Notes: generated by a model from the letters alone, not told the origin. A DNA stretch of 64,000 nt from Chitinophagaceae bacterium (GCA_039915085.1 JBDSOC010000074.1:108-64107); one strand, 5' to 3'. Counted from the first letter of the stretch, positions 47,690 through 56,798 are shown. Numbers and translations: made by a program.

Positions 47690-48324
47690 TCAAGAAATTT
47701 CCATACCAGCAGTAGTTGGGCAGAAACGCCATAATCTTTTGTCTGCGTAACATCTGTCCATTTCAGCTCTGCGCCAATGCCAAGTTTGGGTGAAATGGGT
47801 TGTATATAATTTACGGAGGCATTTACACCAAGACTTAAAGAATGAGATGCCACACTTCCTTTGTAATCAAGATCGGTGGTCATAAAATAAGCGCCGATGC
47901 CAGCGAAAATATTTATTCTTTTGGTAATGGCCATAGACCACACAAAAAGCATTGGAATACCAGTCAGCTTTACCTTTCCGGATGAGCTGCCGCTTTGAAC
48001 CGTATATGTATAAAAATTTACATACCCTGATTCTATACCAAAACGAAGGCGGTGATCCGGATGCCACATAATCCTGGCTGTGCCTGTTGGATGTGAACGG
48101 CTTACTGAGGTATTGGCGGCGATACCGGGAGAACCAACAGACCCAACATAAGACAACCATCCGCCCCCTGCATACAATATAAAAGCATACTGTCCTTTTT
48201 GCTGGACATTTACTTCTATTGAATCTTTTGCTTTTACGATGGTTGTATCCTGCGCGTGCATTTGACCGTTATGGAGTAACAGGCAGAGTAACAGCAGCGT
48301 TGTAAGAAATTTAATGTTGTACAT
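47683..48324 (-). CDS. small outer membrane beta-barrel protein (OmpW/porin-like), unknown function
   Basis: A signal peptide is followed by an alternating hydrophobic beta-strand pattern. The C-terminus is aromatic (..LLLVWKFLEW). Confidence 0.5.
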   Translation of the reverse strand: MYNIKFLTTLLLLCLLLHNGQMHAQDTTIVKAKDSIEVNVQQKGQYAFILYAGGGWLSYVGSVGSPGIAANTSVSRSHPTGTARIMWHPDHRLRFGIESGYVNFYTYTVQSGSSSGKVKLTGIPMLFVWSMAITKRINIFAGIGAYFMTTDLDYKGSVASHSLSLGVNASVNYIQPISPKLGIGAELKWTDVTQTKDYGVSAQLLLVWKFLEW

Positions 48325-49585
48325 AATAATAATAAGCTACTGCTGAAGGATAATTAGATAAAATGGCATCAAAATTCCCGTCGCGCAGATACTGCTGAAT
48401 AAAATCCGGCACATCAAGTGTCCATACAAATGCCAGTTTTCCTGCAGCGTGTACGGTTGCTACGTCTTCATTTTGTGTGCCCAGTGTAAAGCGGGGTGCC
48501 CATATATCTGCATTGGTCCTGGTTACATCATCCAGGCTTAGTTCGCACAAATTGGGCGTTGCGGCAAAATCGGGCAACGCCAGAAATTCATCTATGGCAG
48601 CGGTGGTGGGAAGCCCGATAACAATTTGTAAAGTTCTTCCCGCGGCGGCTGCTTTCACCAGGTATTCCTTCTGTATATCCCGCATTATTTGCAATGATCC
48701 CCCGGTATATTTTGTATCAAGCCACACAAAATGCAGGTCAGTCTGGTAAACCACTGCGTCCAGGGCCTGGCGCAGCGTAGGAATTTTTTCTCCGTGAATC
48801 AACCGCACAAAAGTGGAGAGCTGATCAAATGAATAATTTTCTATCGGTCCTAACAGCCCGCTTTTTTGTGTCTCCCGCAAATTTATATTGTTGTCGTGGT
48901 ATAAAATGGGTATACCGTCGCTGGTTAAACGAACATCAATTTCAATTCCGGTAGAGCCAAATTCAGGTGTCTTTCTTATCATCTCCACTGAATTTTCTGA
49001 AACCGGCAGCAAGTCAGAAGTTCGTCCACCGGAACGGTGCGCTATAATCTGGAAATATCCCCGGTTGTATAATTTTCGTTGATAGGTAAGACTAATGGGC
49101 GATCCCGGAACAGTTTGTCCGTTTCCAAAAACACCACTTATAATAATAGCGCCTTGCGTTACTGCACCATTGGCCGCTACCAGGTCGGCTCCCTGTTGTG
49201 CTTTTACGGTAAGCCGCACTATTCCCGTTTCCACACCGGCCATTTTTCTCCAGTAACCATTTAAAAGAATATCGCCATTTAATTTTTTCCCTTCACAAAT
49301 AAGATAAGAGATATCTTTTTCGCAAAATACAGACAGGTGCCAGAGTGTATCTGTACCGGTAATGACATAATTCCACTTTACAGCAACAGTATCACCAAAA
49401 GTTCCATTTGCATCTGCCAGGCTGTAAACACCCTCCATGGCAGTTCTTGACTGGGTAGAAAGCAGCAGTTTGCCCGCCGATGCAAATGCATCCCAGTTAT
49501 TATAATCCGGAACAGGTGCCTGGTAATCTTTCCTGCACGAAAAGACAAACAACACGGCGATTGATATGATAAAAACTTTTCTCAT
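48311..49585 (-). CDS. glycerophosphodiester phosphodiesterase family protein with extra N-terminal domain
   Basis: The N-terminus is lipoprotein-like (FVFSC). GDPD motifs are IIAHRSGG and GIEIDVRLTSDGIPILYHD. Confidence 0.8.
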   Translation of the reverse strand: MRKVFIISIAVLFVFSCRKDYQAPVPDYNNWDAFASAGKLLLSTQSRTAMEGVYSLADANGTFGDTVAVKWNYVITGTDTLWHLSVFCEKDISYLICEGKKLNGDILLNGYWRKMAGVETGIVRLTVKAQQGADLVAANGAVTQGAIIISGVFGNGQTVPGSPISLTYQRKLYNRGYFQIIAHRSGGRTSDLLPVSENSVEMIRKTPEFGSTGIEIDVRLTSDGIPILYHDNNINLRETQKSGLLGPIENYSFDQLSTFVRLIHGEKIPTLRQALDAVVYQTDLHFVWLDTKYTGGSLQIMRDIQKEYLVKAAAAGRTLQIVIGLPTTAAIDEFLALPDFAATPNLCELSLDDVTRTNADIWAPRFTLGTQNEDVATVHAAGKLAFVWTLDVPDFIQQYLRDGNFDAILSNYPSAVAYYYYVQH

Positions 49586-50316
49586 AAAATAAATCCAACA
49601 GTTACCTGCGGATAAAAAACTTTACGGTTTACACGATAAAATAAGGACCATGTTTGCCAGTAGAAATAATTATTAATACCAGATAATGCAAGACTTAAAT
49701 GTTTGTGGTGATAAAAAGGTTGTTCAATAGCAATTGTAAAAGTCTCGCCATTGTAAAAAATCTTGCCCTCTGATGTTTTCTCTTTACCATTATAAGCCGT
49801 GTAACCAAGATTTACAGATGACTGTGCCCTGAGTGTAATTAAAAGGTTTCTTTTTGTTTTGTAACCAAGAGATATATTGGGATAGGTAAGCCATCCTGAA
49901 CCCCTGCTGTCAAATCCTTCTACAGTAAGAAAACCAAACCAGTAACCAATATCATTCCCGGCAGAGAAAAATAATTTATCAGACAATGGCACTATATAAT
50001 GCAGCCCGGCGACAAACTGATTTTGAAGTACCTGGGCATTTATTCTGCCTTCTGCAATAAAAAGGTTGGTAATCCGGCGCAATACACGAAAGTCGATTGC
50101 AGGTACGCGAAGACGCGTTTCTTCAGTGATGTCTTCCGGTGTAGTTAAGAGTGTAAACCCGATGGATGAGCGCCATTTTTCATTGTACATGGGATAAGGA
50201 AAAATAATGGCCGCATGTTTCGATTCCGGCAATGAATCCTGCGCATGCAAAGCAGAAAAAAAGCTGACCTCAAACATTGACATGAAGACCAGCATAATAG
50301 TAAACTTGCGCAGCAT
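49582..50316 (-). CDS. hypothetical outer-membrane-type beta-rich protein
   Basis: It has a signal peptide and a beta-strand periodicity, and it is the first gene of an overlapping operon. No family was recognised. Confidence 0.45.
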   Translation of the reverse strand: MLRKFTIMLVFMSMFEVSFFSALHAQDSLPESKHAAIIFPYPMYNEKWRSSIGFTLLTTPEDITEETRLRVPAIDFRVLRRITNLFIAEGRINAQVLQNQFVAGLHYIVPLSDKLFFSAGNDIGYWFGFLTVEGFDSRGSGWLTYPNISLGYKTKRNLLITLRAQSSVNLGYTAYNGKEKTSEGKIFYNGETFTIAIEQPFYHHKHLSLALSGINNYFYWQTWSLFYRVNRKVFYPQVTVGFIL

Positions 50317-50431
50317 AAATTAAAGTGGGGTTTGTACATGGGTTAACAGTAACCAATCCAGCATAGTAAATATATATCAATTATGTAGCCAAAATTAATG
50401 TTGTGCCGGTTCCCCGCCGGATGACCAAAAT

Positions 50432-50470
50432 TATACAAGCCTGTAGCAACCATTGCTACAGGCTTGTATA
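50432..50470 (-). terminator. long perfect hairpin terminator after the SRPBCC gene
   Basis: An 18-bp perfect stem, tatacaagcctgtagcaa / ttgctacaggcttgtata, has a 3-nt loop. On the minus strand it is followed by ATTTTGG. Confidence 0.65.
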
Positions 50471-50569
50471 ATCAGGAGATGCAACCATCCGGTTCTTTTG
50501 TTATTTCCTTTTTGGCAAATAAGTCGTTACCGCAACGGTTTATTTTATAAATCATCTGTTTAAAAATTG

Positions 50570-50998
50570 TTACTTGCCGGCTTCTGTATACTTTTTAAAA
50601 TTATCCAGGATACTCTGCCAGCCCGACCGTTGCATTTCTATAGAATTGGTGTCTTCTGCTTCAAAACTTTCCACTACTTCAGTCGTATTGCTTTTACCTG
50701 TAAAATTTACTTTTACTTTTCTGCCATCACCTATTGTATAGGCTATATATTCATTGTTTCTCACGTCATCATAAACACCTGCAAAATCAAAGCTCATACT
50801 TCCATCTTTTGCTTCCATTCTTGCCACAAAACTGCCACCCACCCTTACATCATTTTGTACACTTGGCGTATGCCAGTCGTCAGAAGCATTGTTCCATTTT
50901 GTAATGTGCTCAGGTTTTGTCCAGTATTCCCAAACTTTTGCTACGGGCGCGTTAATAGTATTCTGTACTGTAATAACTGTTTTTTCTTTCGTTTTCAT
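50570..50998 (-). CDS. SRPBCC-superfamily protein (AHSA1/START-like)
   Basis: 142 aa. ...INAPVAKVWEYWTKPEHITKWN... and ...MSFDFAGVYDDV... are typical of Aha1-domain/YndB-like proteins. Confidence 0.8.
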   Translation of the reverse strand: MKTKEKTVITVQNTINAPVAKVWEYWTKPEHITKWNNASDDWHTPSVQNDVRVGGSFVARMEAKDGSMSFDFAGVYDDVRNNEYIAYTIGDGRKVKVNFTGKSNTTEVVESFEAEDTNSIEMQRSGWQSILDNFKKYTEAGK

Positions 50999-51272
50999 AT
51001 TGTTTACGTTTTATAATTATTGCGTATCGTTTTACAATACAAATTTCCTGAAATTTTTTAGAATAAACGCAGGGTGGTAACGACAATCAGGAGGCGGATT
51101 GCGACATTTTCATAAAACAGCCCGGGGACCAGGGGTTTTCTGTTGAAACACCCGCATTATAAACGGGCAAATCATTTCCTTATACGGTTTACAACGCAAT
51201 TAACTCATTTCACACAGTTCTGTTTTTTCTGCAGGGTGCCATACTGCAATTTTGCCATCCAAATCAAAATAA

Positions 51273-51686
51273 ATGTACACGAAAAAAATCTTTACACAGT
51301 ACGGTCAGCATATACTCAACTTATTTTCATCGGAGCAGGTGAACCAATTTATCAGGCGGGTAATTTACATGGGATCGCTTTTGTCTTTAAGCGTTTATGC
51401 ATGGGTGAGGTTAATGTTTCATGATTTCCCTTTTGAAATAGTGGAAGAAACTGGTTTAATACTGCGGACATTGCTTGCAGGCTGGATCATGGCCGCGGTA
51501 TGTATCGGGGGATTTCAACTGATATTATTTGTTGCAGATAATTATGCTCAGCTAAGTAAGAGGTGCCTGGCATTTACCGGCACCCTGTTTAATTCTATGA
51601 GAAAGTCTGTAAGTATACGCACTGAAAGCAATGCCACCAGTAAGAGGGTAACCATTGAATCGCCGGAAATGATAATGAGATTCTGA
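51273..51686 (+). CDS. hypothetical membrane protein
   Basis: The ORF has two predicted hydrophobic helices. There are no recognisable motifs, and the start codon is uncertain. Confidence 0.3.
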   Translation: MYTKKIFTQYGQHILNLFSSEQVNQFIRRVIYMGSLLSLSVYAWVRLMFHDFPFEIVEETGLILRTLLAGWIMAAVCIGGFQLILFVADNYAQLSKRCLAFTGTLFNSMRKSVSIRTESNATSKRVTIESPEMIMRF

Positions 51687-51738
51687 CAACCCGGTGCAGA
51701 TCAAATTGTATGAATTAAATAATATAAGAAATGCCTTG

Positions 51739-52542
51739 TTAAAAATGATGCACCAATCCTAGCCCCAGTGCACCATCCTGGTACACAGGCATTACTACCG
51801 TGCTCACGTCTTTATCCTTAAATAATTTTCTTTTGATAACAGGATAAATCCAGTAAGCCATTTTGGTAGATATGATGCCGATTCCGGCCCCTGCCGCTAC
51901 ATCACTCAACCAGTGTTTATTATTGTACATCCTGAGAAAACCAGTACCGGCTGCTGCAGCATAACCTGCAACGCCATACCATGGAGAAACATCTTTATAT
52001 TCCTGCCGCATAAATTCAGCAGAAGCAAAGGCGCATGCAGTATGACCAGAAGGAAAGGATAGCCTGTTGCTCCCGTCTGGCCTGTTTTCGGCGGCCATCG
52101 ATTTTACGGGAAACACAATGGCTGACTGTATCAGTTCAGACATGGCATATAATATGGTTCTGTCCCGAAAGTTGTGCTTCCCTTTAATACCCATAGCGTT
52201 TAAACCATATACCGCCAGGGCGGGAGAATAAAGCAGGAAATTGTCAATATGCATTGGTTTTTTGTCTGAGCGTTCCGTGTAAAGTTCTTCTTTCACTTTA
52301 TGATTGAGGCCCTGCAGCCCGTCATTGTGAAGCGTGGTAACGCCATAAACAACCATAACAGCGGGTACAATAAACTGCTTGTAGGGAAAAATTCTTTTTT
52401 GCGGAGGCGTGTTCCACCTGATGGTGGATGATGCGTTGGTAGCACCATTGGTAACAGAAGCTGTATCAGTGTATTGGGCAAAACCAGGCATGGCCGGTAT
52501 CAATAAAAGACCCATAAAACAAAGGGAAATTGTTTTTTTCAT
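51739..52542 (-). CDS. PAP2-family acid phosphatase / lipid phosphatase
   Basis: The PAP2 signature is spread over KxxxxxxRP (AAENRP), PSGH (FPSGHT) and SRxxxxxHxxxD (RMYNNKHWLSDV). Confidence 0.85.
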   Translation of the reverse strand: MKKTISLCFMGLLLIPAMPGFAQYTDTASVTNGATNASSTIRWNTPPQKRIFPYKQFIVPAVMVVYGVTTLHNDGLQGLNHKVKEELYTERSDKKPMHIDNFLLYSPALAVYGLNAMGIKGKHNFRDRTILYAMSELIQSAIVFPVKSMAAENRPDGSNRLSFPSGHTACAFASAEFMRQEYKDVSPWYGVAGYAAAAGTGFLRMYNNKHWLSDVAAGAGIGIISTKMAYWIYPVIKRKLFKDKDVSTVVMPVYQDGALGLGLVHHF

Positions 52543-52907
52543 GCAGCGCTAAAAAGTTGAAATATTGATGAGGAAATTCAGGATGCAAACAAATTTTATT
52601 CAATAAAATTGTCCAGTAAAAAACCATTAACTTTCTTTTGGGATAATTGGTATCACAACCCCGGCCTAAGTTCCAACGCACTCAAAATCAATCTTATTTC
52701 TCCCTTAGATTCAAAAAATAGCCAGCACATGTTTCATGGAATTTTCTTAGTGCCGCATCGTGGTTAATAAACGGGTTCTACAGGAAATAGTTCATCGCTC
52801 CGCAATTAAACTTTCATAAAATTGACGCTGCTCAAATATAATTATGGTTGTGCATAGTGCAGGTAAGAAAATGCTATGTTTATAGCAATCACTAAAGCGG
52901 TTTTTAA

Positions 52908-53624
52908 CTATACGCCGGAAGGTTTTCCTGCTATAAAACCCATTACCCTTTCTTTATAAACCAAGCCGATGGGCAGCATGGATTTGCCCATATCTACGGA
53001 GTTTCCAAAAACGCTTTTAATGTGCCCAAAGGCTACGATATATGATTTGTGAATACGAATGAATTTGCCGGAAGGCAGAATATTTTCCATTTCTCCCATG
53101 GTCTGGTGGGTAATGATGACATGTTCAGTGGTATGAATTTTAAGGTAATCTTTCATACCTTCTATATAAATAATATCTGCAAAACTGATCCTGAAAAATC
53201 TACTGTTTGATCGTATAAATATATGCTCCCTGTAAAATGGTTGGGTGTCACTTCCTGGTGTTTTAAAAATTTTGCCGTCTATTATCTTGTCAATTGTTTT
53301 GGAAAATCTTTCAAAAGAAACGGGTTTCAGCAAATAGTCAATTACATTGAATTCATAGCTTTCCAGTGCATATTCAGGGTAAGCTGTTGTAAATACTACC
53401 AGCGGAGGGTTGGACAGGGAGCGAAGAAAATTAAGCCCTGTCATGCCCGGCAATTGTATGTCCAGGAATATTACATCTACTTCTTCTTTTTCAAGTGCTT
53501 CTTTTGCATCCGGCGCATTACGGTAAGACCCCACCAGCGTAAACCTGTCCGCCACTTGCTGCAAATGACTTTTTATGACATCCTGCGCCAGCCTTTCATC
53601 TTCTATAATGATACATCTTATCAA
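52908..53624 (-). CDS. LytR/AlgR-family response regulator (REC + LytTR DNA-binding domain)
   Basis: The REC domain has DVIFLDIQLPGMTG. The C-terminus is a LytTR domain (..IIYIEGMKDYLKIHT...). Confidence 0.9.
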   Translation of the reverse strand: MIRCIIIEDERLAQDVIKSHLQQVADRFTLVGSYRNAPDAKEALEKEEVDVIFLDIQLPGMTGLNFLRSLSNPPLVVFTTAYPEYALESYEFNVIDYLLKPVSFERFSKTIDKIIDGKIFKTPGSDTQPFYREHIFIRSNSRFFRISFADIIYIEGMKDYLKIHTTEHVIITHQTMGEMENILPSGKFIRIHKSYIVAFGHIKSVFGNSVDMGKSMLPIGLVYKERVMGFIAGKPSGV

Positions 53625-54769
53625 GCAAAATGATTATTAAAAATGAGTGATACGGTAAATGTATTGTTGTTTAAAATTACATCAAGTGTATGCGCATCGG
53701 GGTAGAGCCGTTGCAATCTTTCCTGCGCGTTTTTAAACCTCGACTTGCTTTCTTTTCTTTCCCGTTTTTCTGTTTGAATAATATCAAGCGCATAAGCTTC
53801 GGGGTAAAGCAGCTCAAGCACACTCTTACTGTTTTCAAGGCCTTTGCCACGTATTTTCTTTGCCTGCGCTTCCAGCTCAAGACTGGTATTGTTAATTACA
53901 TTTAATGCAATTTGCTGTTGATTTACTTTAAGCGTAATATAAATAAAGGGTTTGGCAAAGGACGTATCGATGGCATGCTTAAACCCGTTTTCAATAAATG
54001 AAATAAATAAAAATGGTTCAATCATAACGCCCTCTGTATTTCCTTCTATAGTAAATTGTATATCTGCATCGTATCTTATTCTTTCTATTTCAATATAATT
54101 TTTAATAAACTCAATTTCTTTTTCAATGGGAATTTTTTCTTCATTGCATTCATATATCAGGAACCGCATAATATCTGATAGCCGGATGATTACTTCCGGT
54201 GTTTTAGCCGTGTTATTCAAACTAAGAGAATAAATACTGTTGAGTGTATTAAAAAGGAAATGCGGGTTCAGCTGCGTACGGAAATAACGGAGCTTATAAA
54301 AAGTATTGTCTTTCTGAAGCGCTTCCATTTTATCTTTTTCATCCAGCTTTGCTCTTAAATAAGCAATGGCAATGGCCAGGCAGGTATTTATAATTATCCA
54401 GCTGCTTTCACGCAACATGCTAAGGCTTGAATAAGAAAAATAATACCGGCCCTGGTCAGGAACCAGCGGAAATAATATTTTGTACAAAAGAAAAAGCAAT
54501 AAATGAAGAACCAGGAAAAAAGCGATTGTACAAATCCCGAACAACAGCCATTTTTTAGTAAACAAAAAACGGGTAACGATTATTCTTGCATATAAAACAT
54601 AAAGAGGTAGTACAACCAGGCTTATGAACAGCAGTATCAGCCAGGCTGTCTTTTGATGGGGAAAAACACCGAGGCTGCTTACTACAGGACTTATCAATGC
54701 AAATAATACCCAGCAATATACTTCAATGGGATAAGTGCCTTTTATAATTCTGTCGTTATCGTATTCCAT
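53621..54769 (-). CDS. LytS/YehU-type sensor histidine kinase (His_kinase + HATPase-like), with C-terminal internal duplication
   Basis: It has a multi-TM N-terminus and an H-box region NPHFLFNTLNSI. An N-box-like ENGFKH and GKGLEN follow. It overlaps the response-regulator gene by 4 nt. Confidence 0.85.
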   Translation of the reverse strand: MEYDNDRIIKGTYPIEVYCWVLFALISPVVSSLGVFPHQKTAWLILLFISLVVLPLYVLYARIIVTRFLFTKKWLLFGICTIAFFLVLHLLLFLLYKILFPLVPDQGRYYFSYSSLSMLRESSWIIINTCLAIAIAYLRAKLDEKDKMEALQKDNTFYKLRYFRTQLNPHFLFNTLNSIYSLSLNNTAKTPEVIIRLSDIMRFLIYECNEEKIPIEKEIEFIKNYIEIERIRYDADIQFTIEGNTEGVMIEPFLFISFIENGFKHAIDTSFAKPFIYITLKVNQQQIALNVINNTSLELEAQAKKIRGKGLENSKSVLELLYPEAYALDIIQTEKRERKESKSRFKNAQERLQRLYPDAHTLDVILNNNTFTVSLIFNNHFA

Positions 54770-54925
54770 CAGGTTAAAGCTTTAGGGATGGTTAAACAAA
54801 TTATTAATATATCCTGGTATAATTGTTACCGTTTAAACCTGAAGCAAATTTACCGCGGCCTGTGCAGGATAGAAATTATTTCGACAAACAGGGACATGGC
54901 TTAGATGAAATTTTCAGACGGGAAT

Positions 54926-54956
54926 AAAAAAGGCCTCCTGTAAACCAGGAGACCTT
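54926..54956 (-). terminator. rho-independent terminator after the metallophosphoesterase gene (repeat copy A)
   Basis: The minus strand reads AAGGTCTCCTGGTTTACAGGAGGCCTTTTTT, a hairpin plus a T6 run. Confidence 0.7.
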
Positions 54957-54977
54957 ACCATAGGTATTTAATAGTTA

Positions 54978-56321
54978 TTAGTACCTGACAACTGTTTTAT
55001 TATCTTTTTCGCCCAGGTCGGTCCAGAGTGTTGTTACAATGCCGGCCAACTGTGGCGACATGGTTGCAAGCTCATCAATCTTAGCACGCTGATCAGCAGG
55101 CATTTTTTCATCACCGGCAAAATGAGCCATAATACCATTCCTGAATAATGGCGAAGCAAAACTTGCCAGCGGTGCAGGTGCCCCTAAATTATTTGCGAGG
55201 TAATAATTAAAATAACCATCCAGGTGCTGGGAAAGAAACATATTTGAATAATCGGGGAACTTCAAACCCTTTGGCAAATTAGCATTGATAGATTGTACTG
55301 TTTTAGTAGTTATCTCCAGCTTAGCAGCAGTTGCTGTTACAAACCTGTACGGGCTCGGCGCAGTTACCAGGGAACCGGTTTCAATATCAAACAACTCATT
55401 TCCATTGTGCGTATAGGAAGTAATGTCATTGGCATGATAGTGACCCGTAAATATAATTTTCAGTCCGGCATCTGCCAGTATATTGGCAACATTCTGCCAG
55501 TCATCTATTACATAACCGGGGTCTAACTGCGACTGACCTGCATAATGTTCAATAAGATTGTGGTGCATCATGGCAAAAACGACCATGTGTTGTTGTTTCG
55601 CCTGCGCCAACTGATCCAGTATCCATGTAAGTGTCTGTGGTTTTATTCTTCCGGCTGCCACATCGCCTTCGGGTCCGTATTCTTCATATTTACTGGCATC
55701 TATGGAGATAATGCGTAACCCTGCTTGTGGCTGTGCAACATAACTCAGCGAATTAGAATCGCGGGCAATGGCGTTCCTGTATCCAAAATCACCATAGATG
55801 GTTTCAAAATCTATCTTACTCGTTTTTTCAACCGGGTAGGCATTGTCGCCAATAAATTTTTTGGCTTTGCCATTATTAATATCATGATTGCCCGGTACAA
55901 CATAAACTTTAATGCCATCCTTTTCAAGCTGGTGAAAAAAGCGGGCCATTGCCAGGTGACCAATTTTTTCACCGTCTTTGGTAATGTCGCCGGTAACCAG
56001 TAAAATATCCGGCTTTTCTTCTTTTATATCTGCCATTACTTTGCGGAATATCGGATCGCTGTATTGTACCAGTTTTGGATCAGCATCCAGGTAGCTCAGA
56101 AATGCTGTTCCTGATGCGCCGCCGCTAATTAATAAAGAGGGATCCATATAATGGATATCGGAAACAATGGAAATCTTTAATTGCCGGTTTCCTTTTCCAA
56201 AATTTCCTTTATCCTCATCGCTTTCATTTAAGTAAGTATGCCCGCCGTTCTTAAAATCTTTTTCGCAAGACAAAAGAAGCTGGCTGAGTAACAGGGCAGT
56301 CACCCATAATTTTGGTTGCAT
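54978..56321 (-). CDS. metallophosphoesterase (calcineurin-like), lipoprotein-type signal
   Basis: The motifs are VSDIHYMD, VTGDITKDGE, VPGNHD, MMHHNL and TGHYHAND. LLSC is a lipobox. Confidence 0.8.
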   Translation of the reverse strand: MQPKLWVTALLLSQLLLSCEKDFKNGGHTYLNESDEDKGNFGKGNRQLKISIVSDIHYMDPSLLISGGASGTAFLSYLDADPKLVQYSDPIFRKVMADIKEEKPDILLVTGDITKDGEKIGHLAMARFFHQLEKDGIKVYVVPGNHDINNGKAKKFIGDNAYPVEKTSKIDFETIYGDFGYRNAIARDSNSLSYVAQPQAGLRIISIDASKYEEYGPEGDVAAGRIKPQTLTWILDQLAQAKQQHMVVFAMMHHNLIEHYAGQSQLDPGYVIDDWQNVANILADAGLKIIFTGHYHANDITSYTHNGNELFDIETGSLVTAPSPYRFVTATAAKLEITTKTVQSINANLPKGLKFPDYSNMFLSQHLDGYFNYYLANNLGAPAPLASFASPLFRNGIMAHFAGDEKMPADQRAKIDELATMSPQLAGIVTTLWTDLGEKDNKTVVRY

Positions 56322-56651
56322 GTTATTAATTTTTTATTGGTGAAAAAAATATTAATTCGGTTAACCAGGAAAGGATTAAAGTTTGAATCCGTCTTCATGT
56401 CAAAACTAAAACGGGCAGGCGCCGGTTCCTAATCGATACTTACCAGGGCAGCAAGTAATTTTATTGGTATTTACTTAAGGGGTGAGTGCTTTGCTATGGA
56501 ATTGGCAGAAATTGCAAAAAATGTTTAAAACATCAAATTACTTTTTTTAAAGCATGATATATTTTAATGATTAATCTAAGGCGAATCCACGAATGATTAC
56601 CAGAATGGGCCACAAAGGAATTCAGAAAAAAGATTGTTTTGAATGGGAAAT

Positions 56652-56682
56652 AAAAAAGGCCTCCTGTAAACCAGGAAACCTT
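56652..56682 (-). terminator. terminator-like hairpin 5 nt downstream of the tRNA (repeat copy B)
   Basis: It has the same sequence as copy A apart from one substitution in the stem, which weakens it. A T6 run follows on the minus strand. Confidence 0.6.
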
Positions 56683-56687
56683 TCTTG

Positions 56688-56761
56688 TAGCGAGAACGAG
56701 ATTTGAACTCGTGACCTCAGGGTTATGAATCCTGTGCTCTAACCAACTGAGCTACCTCGCC
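56688..56761 (-). tRNA. tRNA with CAT anticodon (elongator Met or lysidine-modified Ile2; not resolvable by eye)
   Basis: The hand-folded cloverleaf is GGCGAGG-TA-GCTC-AGTTGGTTA-GAGC-A-CAGGA-TTCATAA-CCCTG-AGGTC-ACGAG-TTCAAAT-CTCGT-TCTCGCT-A. It is 74 nt long, and CCA is not encoded. Confidence 0.85.
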
Positions 56762-56790
56762 ATTTTGAGGCTAAAACCCCAAACGGGGTG

Positions 56791-56798
56791 CAAAAATA
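56791..56798 (-). promoter_or_regulatory. candidate -7 box (TATTTTTG) upstream of the tRNA
   Basis: The minus strand reads TATTTTTG, which matches TAnnTTTG, ~30 nt upstream of the mature 5' end. This is a motif match only. Confidence 0.3.

Noticed and set aside
50567-51016. 149-aa plus-strand ORF overlapping the SRPBCC gene
   Set aside because: The minus-strand product matches the AHSA1/SRPBCC pattern. The plus-strand product is Cys/Phe/Ile-rich nonsense.
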